64,000 nucleotides of DNA from an uncultured Gammaproteobacteria bacterium (GCA_964360785.1 CAYHXX010000001.1:9334-73333), one strand, 5' to 3'. Shown: positions 1 to 10,151, counted from the first letter of the stretch. The notes: generated from the letters alone by a model not told the origin. Translations and numbers: made by a program.

Positions 1-594
1 ACTGCGAGTTTAGTAGTTGACCCCTATGATTCCTCAGTTGGACCAAAGTTTCCAAAAGTTGAAGCGGATATTGTCGCAGTTACACACGAACATTTTGACC
101 ACAATGCAGTCTCTAGTGTCGGAGGTGAGCCTTTTGTGGTCTCCGGACCAGGAGAGTACGAAGTCAAGGGTATTGAGATTGTGGCTGTCAAATCATTTCA
201 TGACAACAAACAAGGAGCAGAACGCGGTTTAAATACTATTTACAATTTTAAGATTGATAAAATAAACATCTGTCATCTTGGTGATCTCGGCCAGAGCACA
301 CTTTCTGAAGCTCAAGTAGAGGAAATTGGGAATGTTGATGTTTTGCTCCTGCCAGTTGGTGGTCATTTTACAATCGATGCAGCCGAAGCCAACAAAATTG
401 CTTCACAACTTGAACCTAAAATAATAATTCCGATGCATTTCAAAGATACCGAGACGAAAATAGAGGAGCTCGCTCCAGTAGAAAAGTTTCTCAAAGAAAT
501 TGGAAAAGAAAATCTCGAACCAGTAAACAAATTAACGGTTACTCCTGATAAACTACCAGAAGAAACTCAAGTAGTACTAATGTCGAGAAGTTAG
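1..594 (+). CDS. MBL-fold metal-dependent hydrolase (UPF0173-like), 5' end outside window
   Basis: Frame 1 is open from nt 1 (..VTHEHFDHNA.. HxHxDH metallo-beta-lactamase motif) and is continuous with track ORF 136..594; stop at 594. Confidence 0.8.
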   Translation, partial: TASLVVDPYDSSVGPKFPKVEADIVAVTHEHFDHNAVSSVGGEPFVVSGPGEYEVKGIEIVAVKSFHDNKQGAERGLNTIYNFKIDKINICHLGDLGQSTLSEAQVEEIGNVDVLLLPVGGHFTIDAAEANKIASQLEPKIIIPMHFKDTETKIEELAPVEKFLKEIGKENLEPVNKLTVTPDKLPEETQVVLMSRS

Positions 595-619
595 AACGTT
601 TTAGAGTTTATACAACCCA

Positions 620-1972
620 ATGCCAGCAAAACCCACATCCACTAGGGTGGAAACCAAAATTAGTTTCGAGGGTAAAGTTCCACCACAAAATATTGAGGCC
701 GAACAATCTGTTCTCGGAAGTTTGCTGATCGACAAAGACTCAATTATCAAGATTGCCCAAGATCTTAGACCAGAGTTTTTTTACCGCGAGCAACATGCCG
801 AAATCTATCGTGCTATTCTGACTTTGTATGAAAAAAGACAGCCAGCTGATCTGGTCACAGTCACGGATGTATTGAAGAAAAATGGGGTTTTGGAACTCGC
901 CGGTGGGGCCGGGTACTTATCTGGATTGGTAAACTCAGTTCCGACCAGTGCTCATATTGAGCACTATGCAACTATTGTCAAGGAAGCAGCAACCAAAAGA
1001 GCTCTGATCGCAGCGGCAGCCAAAATCACAGAGGAAGCTTTCCAAGATAAAATTGAAGTTAAGGATTTGCTTGATTCTTCGGAGCAGCAACTTTTTGGGA
1101 TCTCCCAGCAACAACTCAAACAAAACTTTATCCCACTTAAAGACGCCCTTGCTGATAGTTTTGATCGTCTTGATGAACTTCACAAGAAAGGTAGTGGTCT
1201 GCGTGGGGTTCCAACTGGGTTTGGGGATGTTGATAAAAAACTGTCTGGTTTGCAGGATTCGAGTTTAATTATCCTCGCAGCAAGGCCATCCATGGGTAAA
1301 TCAACTTTTTGTATGAATGTTGCCCAGCATTTGGGTGTTAAGGAAAAAATCCCAGTTGGAGTCTTTTCTCTGGAAATGAGCAAGGAGCAACTAGTAGATT
1401 TGATGCTGGCCAGTCAATCTGATGTTGATGCTTGGAAGATTACTACTGGAAATCTGAAAGAGGAAGATTTTGAAAAGCTCTCAGAAGCAATGGGAGAATT
1501 AGCTGAAGCACCAATCTATATTGATGATACCCCGGGAATTTCAATCATGGAAATGCGGACAAAAGCACGGCGATTGCAGATGGAGCACGGATTAAAACTT
1601 TTGATTGTTGATTACTTGCAGCTTGTCCATGGACGAAACTTGGAAAACCGAGTCCAGGAAGTTTCGGAAATTTCTCAAGCACTGAAAAATCTTGCACGTG
1701 AGTTAAAAATCCCAGTCTTAGCTTGTTCCCAACTTTCGCGGGCAGTAGAGTCTCGACAGGCAAAAATTCCTCAACTTTCGGATCTACGTGAATCTGGAGG
1801 TATCGAGCAAGACGCTGATGTTGTCATGTTCTTGTATCGTGAAGATCAGGAGGATTTTGAAAACGTAAAACTCAACATTGCCAAGCACCGCTCCGGCCCC
1901 TTAGGTGAAATTGACCTGAAGTTCAAGGGGGAGCGCCGCAAATTCTTTGCTCTCGAGAAAGCTCGAGCCTGA
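620..1972 (+). CDS. dnaB: replicative DNA helicase DnaB
   Basis: N-terminal NIEAEQSVLGSLL motif, Walker A GxxxGKS (ARPSMGKSTF), C-terminal IAKHRSGPLGEI; 450 aa. Confidence 0.95.
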   Translation: MPAKPTSTRVETKISFEGKVPPQNIEAEQSVLGSLLIDKDSIIKIAQDLRPEFFYREQHAEIYRAILTLYEKRQPADLVTVTDVLKKNGVLELAGGAGYLSGLVNSVPTSAHIEHYATIVKEAATKRALIAAAAKITEEAFQDKIEVKDLLDSSEQQLFGISQQQLKQNFIPLKDALADSFDRLDELHKKGSGLRGVPTGFGDVDKKLSGLQDSSLIILAARPSMGKSTFCMNVAQHLGVKEKIPVGVFSLEMSKEQLVDLMLASQSDVDAWKITTGNLKEEDFEKLSEAMGELAEAPIYIDDTPGISIMEMRTKARRLQMEHGLKLLIVDYLQLVHGRNLENRVQEVSEISQALKNLARELKIPVLACSQLSRAVESRQAKIPQLSDLRESGGIEQDADVVMFLYREDQEDFENVKLNIAKHRSGPLGEIDLKFKGERRKFFALEKARA

Positions 1973-2021
1973 AAATAATCTACTCTAGAATCAAGTATTG
2001 TTTAGAGTTATTATTAATTCA

Positions 2022-2816
2022 ATGCCAAGACGCAAATCCATTCTTTCTTCCCGAAAACGATATCTTCAGGTTGCTCTAAACAGCACGCTGGATGATGCTC
2101 GAAAAATAATTTTTCAACTTCCCCGAAGTGACCGTATTCTCGTTGAAGCCGGAACACCCTTAATCAAGCGTTACGGACAGGAAGGTATTCGCCAAATATT
2201 TAGCTGGTATCAACAACATTTGCTTGGTCAATCGTCTTTCCTACCTTTTATTGGAGAGAACTCTTTGGAGAGCGTTTTATTTGGAAGAACATTTCAAAAA
2301 CCAGTTTCTCAACAGTGGTCGAATGGATCAACTGCATTTTTTCCTTATATTGTGGCGGATTTAAAAACTATGGATCGGGGAGAGACTGAAGTTGAGATTG
2401 CCTCTTCAGCTGGGGCGAGTGCAGCAATTGCCTTAGGTAACGCTCCAATAGAAACAATCGATTCTTTCATTGAAAATTGCGAGAAATTTGGATTGGACAG
2501 CATGGTTGATATGATGAATGTTGATTTTCCTTTATCAGTTTTGCGGAAACTAAAAAAACAGCCAATTGTAGTACTTCTTCATCGTGGGGTAGATGAAGAA
2601 AAGTTCAACCGCGAGAAACAGATACCTTTGCATGAGATCAGAAGAATTAAAGGCAATTATGATATTTTGATTTCAATTGCAGGTGGAGACACCCCTAGGG
2701 AAGTTCAAAGTTCTGTTTTCAATGACGCCGATATAGTCGTGATTTGGAAATCAGTTTTTCAGAGTACCGCTGAAACAGTTGGATTAGTTGAAAGTTTTTT
2801 GAAAGAGATTAAGTAG
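2022..2816 (+). CDS. 3-hexulose-6-phosphate synthase / OMP-decarboxylase (KGPDC) family protein
   Basis: LQVALN..EAGTPLIKRYG and ADLKTMDRGE (DxKxxD) motifs typical of the HPS/OMPDC fold. Track ORF starts at TTG 1998; ATG at 2022 preferred. Confidence 0.6.
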   Translation: MPRRKSILSSRKRYLQVALNSTLDDARKIIFQLPRSDRILVEAGTPLIKRYGQEGIRQIFSWYQQHLLGQSSFLPFIGENSLESVLFGRTFQKPVSQQWSNGSTAFFPYIVADLKTMDRGETEVEIASSAGASAAIALGNAPIETIDSFIENCEKFGLDSMVDMMNVDFPLSVLRKLKKQPIVVLLHRGVDEEKFNREKQIPLHEIRRIKGNYDILISIAGGDTPREVQSSVFNDADIVVIWKSVFQSTAETVGLVESFLKEIK

Positions 2817-2840
2817 AATGAAATTTTTTAGTCTACCGAA

Positions 2841-3626
2841 TTATTTTTTTAAGAAAGACGAGAGAGATTTCAGTCCTTCCATGAATTCGATTGGAAGAGC
2901 AAAAATGACGGTTTTTGAAGGGTCTGGGTTAATTTCCTCGATCGTTGCTAGAGTTCGTAAAGACATACCTCCAGGTACTTGACTGAGTCGTTCTGCGGCT
3001 TGTGCAAGTTTTTCAGATGCAGCAAATTCACCTTCAGAGCGAATAATGACGGCTCGTCGTTCACGCTCCGATTCAGCTTGTTTGGCCATAATTCTCTTCA
3101 TATCTGCAGGAAGCTCAATGTCTTGGATTTTGATGTCAGTAACATCGATACCCCAATTGGACGTAGTCGCATCGACAATCTTTTTTATTTCCAGCGAAAT
3201 TTGGTCTCTTTCTGAAAGGAGGGTATCTAGCTCAACCCCACCAATGACATCGCGAAGGGCAGCTTGTGCATATTGGGATACAGCTAGCTGGTAGTTTTGA
3301 ATATTCAAAATTGACTTGGCGGCATCAAGAACTTGGAAATAAACTACAGCGTTGATTCCAACCGGAACATTATCTTTGGTAATAACTTCTTGCTGAGGAA
3401 TGTCGAAAGTAGCAACACGCATATCGATTTTGATCATGCGTTGAATTCCAATGAAGTTAAAGATCCAGGTCAGACCGGGTTCTCTTTGTCCGGAGTATTT
3501 ACCCAAAGTTAGGATAACTGCTCTTTCGTATTGATTTACAACCCTAAGTCCGCCGATGATAATACCGACACCAATAATCAATAAAATGGGAAAGCTACCA
3601 AAAATTAAGGCAAGAATGAACTCCAT
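2841..3626 (-). CDS. SPFH/band-7 (stomatin/prohibitin-like) membrane protein
   Basis: N-terminal TM then LRVVNQYERAVILTLGKY...; A/E/R-rich coiled segment RIMAKQAESERERRA; 261 aa. Confidence 0.9.
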   Translation of the reverse strand: MEFILALIFGSFPILLIIGVGIIIGGLRVVNQYERAVILTLGKYSGQREPGLTWIFNFIGIQRMIKIDMRVATFDIPQQEVITKDNVPVGINAVVYFQVLDAAKSILNIQNYQLAVSQYAQAALRDVIGGVELDTLLSERDQISLEIKKIVDATTSNWGIDVTDIKIQDIELPADMKRIMAKQAESERERRAVIIRSEGEFAASEKLAQAAERLSQVPGGMSLRTLATIEEINPDPSKTVIFALPIEFMEGLKSLSSFLKK

Positions 3627-3768
3627 AAAACTAATATATCACAAAAATCTAACTTGCAATAGGGAATTGCTGTTATTGAAAAGCGAACGCTGAAAATATT
3701 CATCATAGAAAAAGTTCGAACCTAGAATAAAGAGAAACCGTTGAACGAGTGTGTCCAACGGTCGAAGT

Positions 3769-4209
3769 CTAGTTATTTTTCTCAATGATTTTAGTTCTAT
3801 CTCTGGGATCTACACGCTTCAGATGTCTGCTCGAAAGTTTCTTTGCAAGTAAATCCAGCTGATCTCTGACCCAATTGTATCCCAAGATATTTCTCTTGTT
3901 CAAATCTTCAGGTGTAGAGTGTATTGTCTTCGTCGCTACACTTATGCGATCAGTTAAACCGCTAACTATCTCAGCTGAGACTGTCAGATTACAGGAGCCA
4001 TCAGGATTAAGAGCAAAGCATTCCCGAGAGAACGGAATGTCATCTCGTGTTGTCTCGATTGTTACAGTGATCACATCTCCATCGCTATTTACCAAAATGA
4101 AACAATTTGGTCTCACACGGTATGCCGCCGGGTTCTGTGAATTCTTGCCAAGTTTATTTTGTGCAATTTCCCAGAGTGGGTGACTCTCTTGCTCAGGAGT
4201 TGTTGTCAC
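3769..4209 (-). CDS. hypothetical protein
   Basis: GTG start preceded by AGGAGGAG at 5-nt spacing; 4-nt overlap with upstream 62-aa ORF 4206..4394; no recognisable domain. Confidence 0.5.
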   Translation of the reverse strand: MTTTPEQESHPLWEIAQNKLGKNSQNPAAYRVRPNCFILVNSDGDVITVTIETTRDDIPFSRECFALNPDGSCNLTVSAEIVSGLTDRISVATKTIHSTPEDLNKRNILGYNWVRDQLDLLAKKLSSRHLKRVDPRDRTKIIEKNN

Positions 4210-4443
4210 TTTATCTCCTCCTTACACCATGGTGCTGAGCCAATTCGGGTTGGTGGTTGTGTTGTGCTGTAGATAGGCATCTTCTTGATCTCTTCGTCTC
4301 GATTGCCAAGATAGGCGGGTGGGTACAACACAAGAACGTAATACACCGTGATCACCTCCAGTGCAAAGGATTTTAGCATATTTGGCCCGAGCAATTAACT
4401 TTTGAAAAAATAGCTTTGAAATTGTATAATGGGAGGACCTTTT

Positions 4444-4530
4444 GCCGGGGTGGCGGAACTGGCAGACGCGCGGGACTCAAAATCCCGTGATCGCAAGATC
4501 GTGGGAGTTCGACCCTCCCCCTCGGCACCA
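4444..4530 (+). tRNA. tRNA-Leu (anticodon CAA), type II with long variable arm, CCA encoded
   Basis: GCCGGGG acceptor, D-arm GCGG..CGC, anticodon loop CUCAAAA, variable arm UGAUCGCAAGAUCGU, T-arm GGGAGUUCGACCCUCCC, 3' CCUCGGC-A-CCA. Confidence 0.9.
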
Positions 4531-4564
4531 AAAGAGAAACCCTAAGTTGCATTTGAACCTAGGG

Positions 4565-4876
4565 TCATTTGACACTTGTTTTGCGTTTCTTTGAAGAGAA
4601 TCGGAAATTAATTCGATACCTGCGTAAAGCTTCAAAAGCCTCATCTTTTATATCGTTATCGATACACTCAAGTACACAAGCGAAGGCGGACCGTTTGACC
4701 AACCAGACCACCTCTTCACTCCAGTCTCCCTGCTGTTCTCTACTCATTCTAAGCAACCGAATTAGTCTTGATAAGTAACCCTGTTGGATATCAGATTTGC
4801 GCTGAATCCAGACAGTCACTGATTTGAGATCCTTTGGCGCCTTTGTCCGCTTGGGTTTGCGGCCCATTGTCCCCAC
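4565..4876 (-). CDS. hypothetical basic small protein
   Basis: 103-aa ORF immediately 3' of tRNA-Leu on the opposite strand; K/R-rich termini; no domain recognised. Confidence 0.35.
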   Translation of the reverse strand: MGTMGRKPKRTKAPKDLKSVTVWIQRKSDIQQGYLSRLIRLLRMSREQQGDWSEEVVWLVKRSAFACVLECIDNDIKDEAFEALRRYRINFRFSSKKRKTSVK

Positions 4877-4945
4877 ACTCCTTACTTGAGGGAATTGTAC
4901 TCCTTATTTCTTGAGACTTGAACTTGTCTGTATAATAGTCCAGTT

Positions 4946-5509
4946 ATGTTAAACGTTAACGAACTGCGAAATGGTACAACTTTTCAAGAAGATGGAAACC
5001 TTTTTGAGGTTTTGGAATATTCTCACACCAAGATGGGGCGGGGAACTGCAACTATTCGCGTTAAAGTCAAAAATCTAAAATCCGGTTCAACTACTGAGAA
5101 AACATTTATTTCCAGCGCAAGGGTGGAAGAAGCCGAGCTTGATAAGGTGGATGGGCAATTTCTATACAAAGATTCCAAAGAAGTGACTTTCATGAATCCG
5201 AAGACTTACGAGCAATTTGCAGTTCCAACCTCAGTAATGGGCGGTCAAGAAAAGTATCTTAAGGAAGGTGAAAACTATTCACTGAATACTTTTGAAGACA
5301 AAGTTTTGAGTGTCGATCTACCCCGAACAGTTATCCTGAGAATCGTCGAAGCACCTCCTGGTGTCCGAGGCGATACAGTTTCCAATGTCTACAAAGAAGC
5401 CCTCGCGGAAAATGATATCAAGGTGAGAGTTCCGCTTTTCATCAACGAAGGTGATAGTGTCAAGATCGATACGCGTTCAGGGGAATATATCGAGAGGGTT
5501 AAGATTTAG
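4946..5509 (+). CDS. efp: elongation factor P
   Basis: MLNVNELRNGTTFQEDGNLFEVLEYSHTKMGRGTA...; KOW plus OB domains; TATAAT at 4931-4936. Confidence 0.95.
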   Translation: MLNVNELRNGTTFQEDGNLFEVLEYSHTKMGRGTATIRVKVKNLKSGSTTEKTFISSARVEEAELDKVDGQFLYKDSKEVTFMNPKTYEQFAVPTSVMGGQEKYLKEGENYSLNTFEDKVLSVDLPRTVILRIVEAPPGVRGDTVSNVYKEALAENDIKVRVPLFINEGDSVKIDTRSGEYIERVKI

Positions 5510-5557
5510 TTTTCAATCTTGGACAGCAGAGTGTGAGCCAAATTTCCAAAAGGGTTA

Positions 5558-5998
5558 TTAGGTAGTTAAAATTAAGAGGCAGATTGTGCAGGTTACGGCT
5601 GTAATTGCAAGTCCGGGCCAGAAAGTTACATTTCTTTGGATGCTCATGTGGAAACGGTTTGGGATAGCAACAAGAGCGTATTTTTCGAAGTAACTCGTAA
5701 AGTGTCGGTAAGTCCCCAAAATAAAATCAGGTAAAGTCCCCAAGAAACCACCGACAAAAAACAAATATTGGTTCTGTAGCCCCGAAGTCGCGATAAAAAG
5801 TAAGCTCAAACCAACTAAGTAATCTACAATGATCCCAAAACTTGTTTTTTTGTTAAAAGGAGTTTTGGGGGAGCCGTCCCAGTGAGGGATAGAGTCCAGT
5901 GCAAAGTGGGACAAGTATGCTAGTGGAAGTGAAATCGTTGGTTCCGGAATGATCTTCACGATTACGGCTCCAACTAGTAAATGAGGTGTAGATAACAT
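5558..5998 (-). CDS. membrane-bound metal-dependent hydrolase-like protein (YdjM/DUF457-like)
   Basis: Four hydrophobic helices with conserved-looking His residues (LSHFALDSIPHWDG). Confidence 0.4.
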   Translation of the reverse strand: MLSTPHLLVGAVIVKIIPEPTISLPLAYLSHFALDSIPHWDGSPKTPFNKKTSFGIIVDYLVGLSLLFIATSGLQNQYLFFVGGFLGTLPDFILGTYRHFTSYFEKYALVAIPNRFHMSIQRNVTFWPGLAITAVTCTICLLILTT

Positions 5999-6103
5999 TT
6001 TGTCAAAAAATATCCCGCCAGAGTTGATAATTTACCCCTTGACGGGAACCTATATTTTGATTATATCATCTATCAGTCAAGCGAGCAAAGGATTTAAGCA
6101 CAT

Positions 6104-6724
6104 ATGGCCGAATTAATTTCATTTTTATCAAATTCTCTAGTCAGCATTATTTTGCTCTTCTATGTTATTGTTGTTTGGGTGGCACTGGTGGGTTGGACTG
6201 CTATCGATGTTTTCAATCGAACCAACAACTGGATCTATCGTATCCTAGCTATAATTCTGGTGGGGATAGGTACTTTATTTGGATTTGTTCTTTACCTCCT
6301 TGTGCGCCCACAGTCTACAAAAGAAGATCGTCGCTTCCATGAGTTGGAAGAAAAACTGCTTGAGACCCAAGCCCGTTCTTTTCTATGTCCGCAATGTAAA
6401 GATATTGTTCGCGAAGATTTTCTGTTTTGTCCAAGTTGTGGCTTGGTTCTGAAGAGAGAGTGCCCATCTTGCCAGAAGGGTTTAGAGATTGCATGGACAC
6501 AGTGTCCGTATTGCGGTTACAAAACTGGTCCAGCGCAGTTACCTGCTGTTACTGAGGTGGCCGTGGAAAAAGGTATTTCTTTGTTAAAGAGAATAAGTGG
6601 CTTATTTGTGGGTAGGGTACAAAAAGGAGAGTTAAAAAGAGGTCGTGGTCGTCCCCGCAAAAATCCAATTCCAGAATTACCTATTGTCAAACGTCCTCGT
6701 GGCCGCCCGAGAAAAAATGCCTAA
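6104..6724 (+). CDS. membrane protein with double zinc ribbon and two AT-hook motifs
   Basis: Two N-terminal TM helices; CPQC..CPSCG and CPSC..CPYCG zinc-ribbon pairs; C-terminal GRGRPRKNP and RPRGRPRKN AT-hooks. Confidence 0.6.
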   Translation: MAELISFLSNSLVSIILLFYVIVVWVALVGWTAIDVFNRTNNWIYRILAIILVGIGTLFGFVLYLLVRPQSTKEDRRFHELEEKLLETQARSFLCPQCKDIVREDFLFCPSCGLVLKRECPSCQKGLEIAWTQCPYCGYKTGPAQLPAVTEVAVEKGISLLKRISGLFVGRVQKGELKRGRGRPRKNPIPELPIVKRPRGRPRKNA

Positions 6725-7811
6725 CCTTTCAATTAGTTATCGATTAGAACTTCTGCGGGAACAGCTTTCAAAGGAAAAACTTGACTTTATCTTGGTTTCT
6801 TCAACCATTAACCGCCACTATTTAACAGGTTGGATGGGGGATTTTGAATCTGGCTATCTTTTGATCACTTTAAAAAAAGCGTTTCTAATCACTGACAGTC
6901 GTTATACTGAAGAAGCGGTGGAAAAATCCCCACATTTTGAGTTAAGAGAATATGGGTTGGACGAGAAGTTCTGGAACAAGCTCTTTATCGAAGCTGCCGG
7001 TAAAAGAGTCGGTTTTGAAGCCAACGATCTTGCATTTGCCGAATTAAAAAACTTTAAACGCCAGGGGAGAAGTATAAACTTTATTCCCACGACAAATTTA
7101 ATCGAAAAATTGCGCGCAATTAAAGAAGCGAAGGAAATTAAGCTTCTTCAAAAGGCGGCTATTATTTGTGACCAGGCTTTTCACTTTGTTTTGAAAAATG
7201 TAAAACCTGGTTTGACTGAGCGCGAAGTTGCTTGGAAAATGGAAAAGTTTATGCGCGAAAAAGGGGCTCAAAAAAACGCTTGGGATCCTTTTATTGTTGC
7301 CGCTGGGGAAAATTCTTCTAAAGTACATTACGCTGCTGGAGAGCGAAAGCTCAAAAAAGGTGACCAGGTTTTACTTGATTGGGGGTGTTACTACCAAGGC
7401 TATGCTTCTGATATTTCCAGGGTTATTTTTCTTGGGGCCCCGACCGAAAAACAATCTAGTGTTTATAACTTGGTTTTAGAAGCCCAGAGATTGGGGATGA
7501 AGCAGATTAAGGTTGGCGGATTGACTAAGAAGGTTGATTTGGCAGCTCGTAATTTTCTTGTTTCGAAATCCAAATTCTCTTTTGGTCACGGTGTAGGGCA
7601 TGGAGTTGGTTTACACGTTCATGAACTGCCAAGAGTTAACTCAAAATCAAAAGAAAAATTCTCTGTTGGCAACGTTGTCACAGTTGAACCCGGAATTTAT
7701 GAACCAGGTTGGGGAGGGGTAAGAATCGAAGATATGGTGCTGGTGAAAGAAAAGGGTTTTGAAGTTTTAACCAAATCGCCAAAAGAGTTAGAACAAATCA
7801 TTGTCAAATAA
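6717..7811 (+). CDS. Xaa-Pro aminopeptidase, M24 family
   Basis: Creatinase-like N-domain plus pita-bread C-domain (HGVGHGVGLHVHE, VEPGIY). ATG at 6717 overlaps the previous stop by 8 nt; the track ORF extension from 6645 is probably spurious. Confidence 0.85.
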   Translation: MPNLSISYRLELLREQLSKEKLDFILVSSTINRHYLTGWMGDFESGYLLITLKKAFLITDSRYTEEAVEKSPHFELREYGLDEKFWNKLFIEAAGKRVGFEANDLAFAELKNFKRQGRSINFIPTTNLIEKLRAIKEAKEIKLLQKAAIICDQAFHFVLKNVKPGLTEREVAWKMEKFMREKGAQKNAWDPFIVAAGENSSKVHYAAGERKLKKGDQVLLDWGCYYQGYASDISRVIFLGAPTEKQSSVYNLVLEAQRLGMKQIKVGGLTKKVDLAARNFLVSKSKFSFGHGVGHGVGLHVHELPRVNSKSKEKFSVGNVVTVEPGIYEPGWGGVRIEDMVLVKEKGFEVLTKSPKELEQIIVK

Positions 7812-7839
7812 ACTCTCGTTTGCTAGAATCGGGATCAGT

Positions 7840-9270
7840 ATGAAAGTTGTCGTGACAGAGCAGCCAATCGAAGAACTCCAAACCGAGGCCCTAGTAATTC
7901 CAGTTTTCGAGGGTGACAAAAACTTTTCAGATAGGGTTCCAGACAATCTCACCGAAAGTGATTTTTCTGGAAAATTGTATGAAACCTTTTTAATTCCTCC
8001 TTCTGCAGAAACTCCGAAGATATTGCTTGTTGGCGCCGGTAAGAAAATTGATTTTGATGCTCGTTTGGCGCGTAATGTCGCTGGAGCAGCAACTCGAAGA
8101 TTGCTTAAGAGCAAGGTCAAAAAGATTGCTTTTGACGCCGCTATTTATGACAAACCCAGCCTGATTATTGAGGGAGTCGGCCTAGCCGAGTTTGACCCGG
8201 GGATTTACAAAACTGGTAAGGATAGACCAGGGAAAATCGATGAGCTGACAATTTTAGGCAAAATCTCGAATTCGGAAATCAGAAAATCTCAAAATATTAT
8301 TGAAACTACAAATTGGGTTAGGAGGCTCGTTTCAGAACCAGCAAACCTTTTGACACCAAAACATATTGTTAATGAGGCCCGCAGTATCGCAAAAACTAGC
8401 AACCTCGGTATTGAAATCTACGACGAAAAGCAGGCAGCCAGAGCGGGCATGGGGGCTTTTGTTGGAATTGCTAAAGGGAGTCATGAACCTTCCTACATGC
8501 TGGCATTGAAATATCTTTACAAAAAAGGCGCCCCAACTTTGGGTGTGGTCGGAAAAGGGATAACTTTTGATTCTGGTGGGATTTCGATAAAACCTTCAGA
8601 CAAAATGCACGAGATGAAAATGGATATGGCTGGAGCTGCGGCAACTATTGGTTTTATGAAGCTAGTTGGTGAACTCAAACCAAAGATGAATGTTGTCGGG
8701 GTTACACCTTTGACTGAAAACCTTCCCGGTGGTGGTGCGCTGAAGCCTGGGGATGTGGTTAAAGCCTTAAACGGAAAAACTATCGAAGTACAAAATACCG
8801 ATGCCGAAGGGCGGGTTGTTTTGTCCGATGCACTTGTCTACGCTCAAAAGCTGGGAGCGACAAAGATAGTTGATTTAGCAACCCTCACTGGCGCGGCGAT
8901 TGTTGCGTTAGGTGCTGAAGCAACGGCTATTTTAGGTAGTAACCAAGAATTTACTGATAGAGTAATTAAATCTGGAAGTGAGGTTGGAGAGCGCATGTGG
9001 CAACTGCCAATTTATCCGGAACACAAAGATTTATTGCGTTCTGATATTGCTGATATGGCGAATATTGCACCGACTCGGGGGGCAGGAGTTATCGCCGGAG
9101 CGGTTTTCTTACAAGAATTTATCGAGCCAAAGAACTCTTGGGTACACTTAGATATTGCTGGAACAGCCTGGCTGGACAATGAAAAAACCTACATGACAAA
9201 AGGAGCTACTGGAGTCGGAATCAGAACTTTGCTGAATTTACTAGACAATCTGCAAGCAGAAATTAACTAG
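7840..9270 (+). CDS. pepA: leucyl aminopeptidase (M17)
   Basis: MKMDMAGAAA and NTDAEGRVVLSDAL signature motifs; the track ORF begins at TTG 7801, ATG 7840 (MKVVV) preferred. Confidence 0.9.
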   Translation: MKVVVTEQPIEELQTEALVIPVFEGDKNFSDRVPDNLTESDFSGKLYETFLIPPSAETPKILLVGAGKKIDFDARLARNVAGAATRRLLKSKVKKIAFDAAIYDKPSLIIEGVGLAEFDPGIYKTGKDRPGKIDELTILGKISNSEIRKSQNIIETTNWVRRLVSEPANLLTPKHIVNEARSIAKTSNLGIEIYDEKQAARAGMGAFVGIAKGSHEPSYMLALKYLYKKGAPTLGVVGKGITFDSGGISIKPSDKMHEMKMDMAGAAATIGFMKLVGELKPKMNVVGVTPLTENLPGGGALKPGDVVKALNGKTIEVQNTDAEGRVVLSDALVYAQKLGATKIVDLATLTGAAIVALGAEATAILGSNQEFTDRVIKSGSEVGERMWQLPIYPEHKDLLRSDIADMANIAPTRGAGVIAGAVFLQEFIEPKNSWVHLDIAGTAWLDNEKTYMTKGATGVGIRTLLNLLDNLQAEIN

Positions 9271-9308
9271 TATTTCCTAAAAAGACAAAAACTTCATATA
9301 ATAAAAAC

Positions 9309-10151
9309 ATGCATCCTGTCTTATTTGGTCTTGGTCCAATCACAATCTACTCCTATGGTTTTTTTCTTGCGCTAGCTTACATGTTTGCTACCTATGTGTT
9401 TTGGCGTGAGGGAAAGAAACAGGGTTACCAAGAAGAGAAACTTTTGGACTTTTCTATCATTTCCTTGCTCGCTGCTTTGGTGGGTGGAAGAGTGTTTTAT
9501 GTGCTTATTAATCTAAAACAGTTTTCTGGGGATTTAAAAAGCGCTTTATATGTTTGGGAAGGCGGTTTTGCCTATTACGGTAGCTTAGTATTTGTTTTTC
9601 TAACTTGCATTTATTTTATTCGAAAATGGCGTTGGAGTTTTCTGCAGGTAGTGGATATAGGTTCATTGTCTGTTCTTGTCGCGATTATTTTTGCAAAGAT
9701 TGGTAGCTTTCTGTCTGGGAATGACTATGGAACACTGACAAAATTGCCTTGGGGGGTAACCTTTTCATACCTTGAGGGTAAGCGTCATCCAGTACAGCTT
9801 TATGAAGCGGTTTTCGCAATTATTCTGCTAATTACCATTTATTCTTACTACAAAAGAAATATAAAATCCGTAAATTTCCGGAGTGGGGCAGTGTTTTTCT
9901 ACTTTCTGCTTTTTAATAGTTTGGGTAGATTTGCTTTTGAGTTTTTCCGTGGTGACTCGAGTTACTTGGGGCCGGTGAAACTAGCAAACGTTATAAGTCT
10001 TATCCTTGCGGGAGTTGCTTTGTTTTCATTATACTTCTATCAGTTTAGAAATTTCGGTGAGGATAAACACAAAATTACAAAATATATTTTTGGTTTGGGA
10101 AGAATCAAAAGCCGTTTTAGAAAGGGAATAAATGAACCTAGAGCATTTTAA
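9309..10151 (+). CDS. lgt: prolipoprotein diacylglyceryl transferase
   Basis: ITIYSYGFFLALAY...GGRVFYVL; multi-TM; Lgt-like signature. Confidence 0.85.
   Translation: MHPVLFGLGPITIYSYGFFLALAYMFATYVFWREGKKQGYQEEKLLDFSIISLLAALVGGRVFYVLINLKQFSGDLKSALYVWEGGFAYYGSLVFVFLTCIYFIRKWRWSFLQVVDIGSLSVLVAIIFAKIGSFLSGNDYGTLTKLPWGVTFSYLEGKRHPVQLYEAVFAIILLITIYSYYKRNIKSVNFRSGAVFFYFLLFNSLGRFAFEFFRGDSSYLGPVKLANVISLILAGVALFSLYFYQFRNFGEDKHKITKYIFGLGRIKSRFRKGINEPRAF

Noticed and set aside
3700-3760. GTTCGAACC T-loop-like motif
   Set aside because: There is no surrounding cloverleaf (no acceptor or anticodon stems), so it is not a tRNA.
7801-7839. TTG-initiated N-terminal extensions of pepA (7801), the HPS-like gene (1998), the P1B ATPase (46695) and the P2 ATPase (53132)
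   Set aside because: The track treats TTG as a start. In-frame ATG codons a few codons downstream give canonical N-termini (for example MKVVV for PepA) and were preferred.
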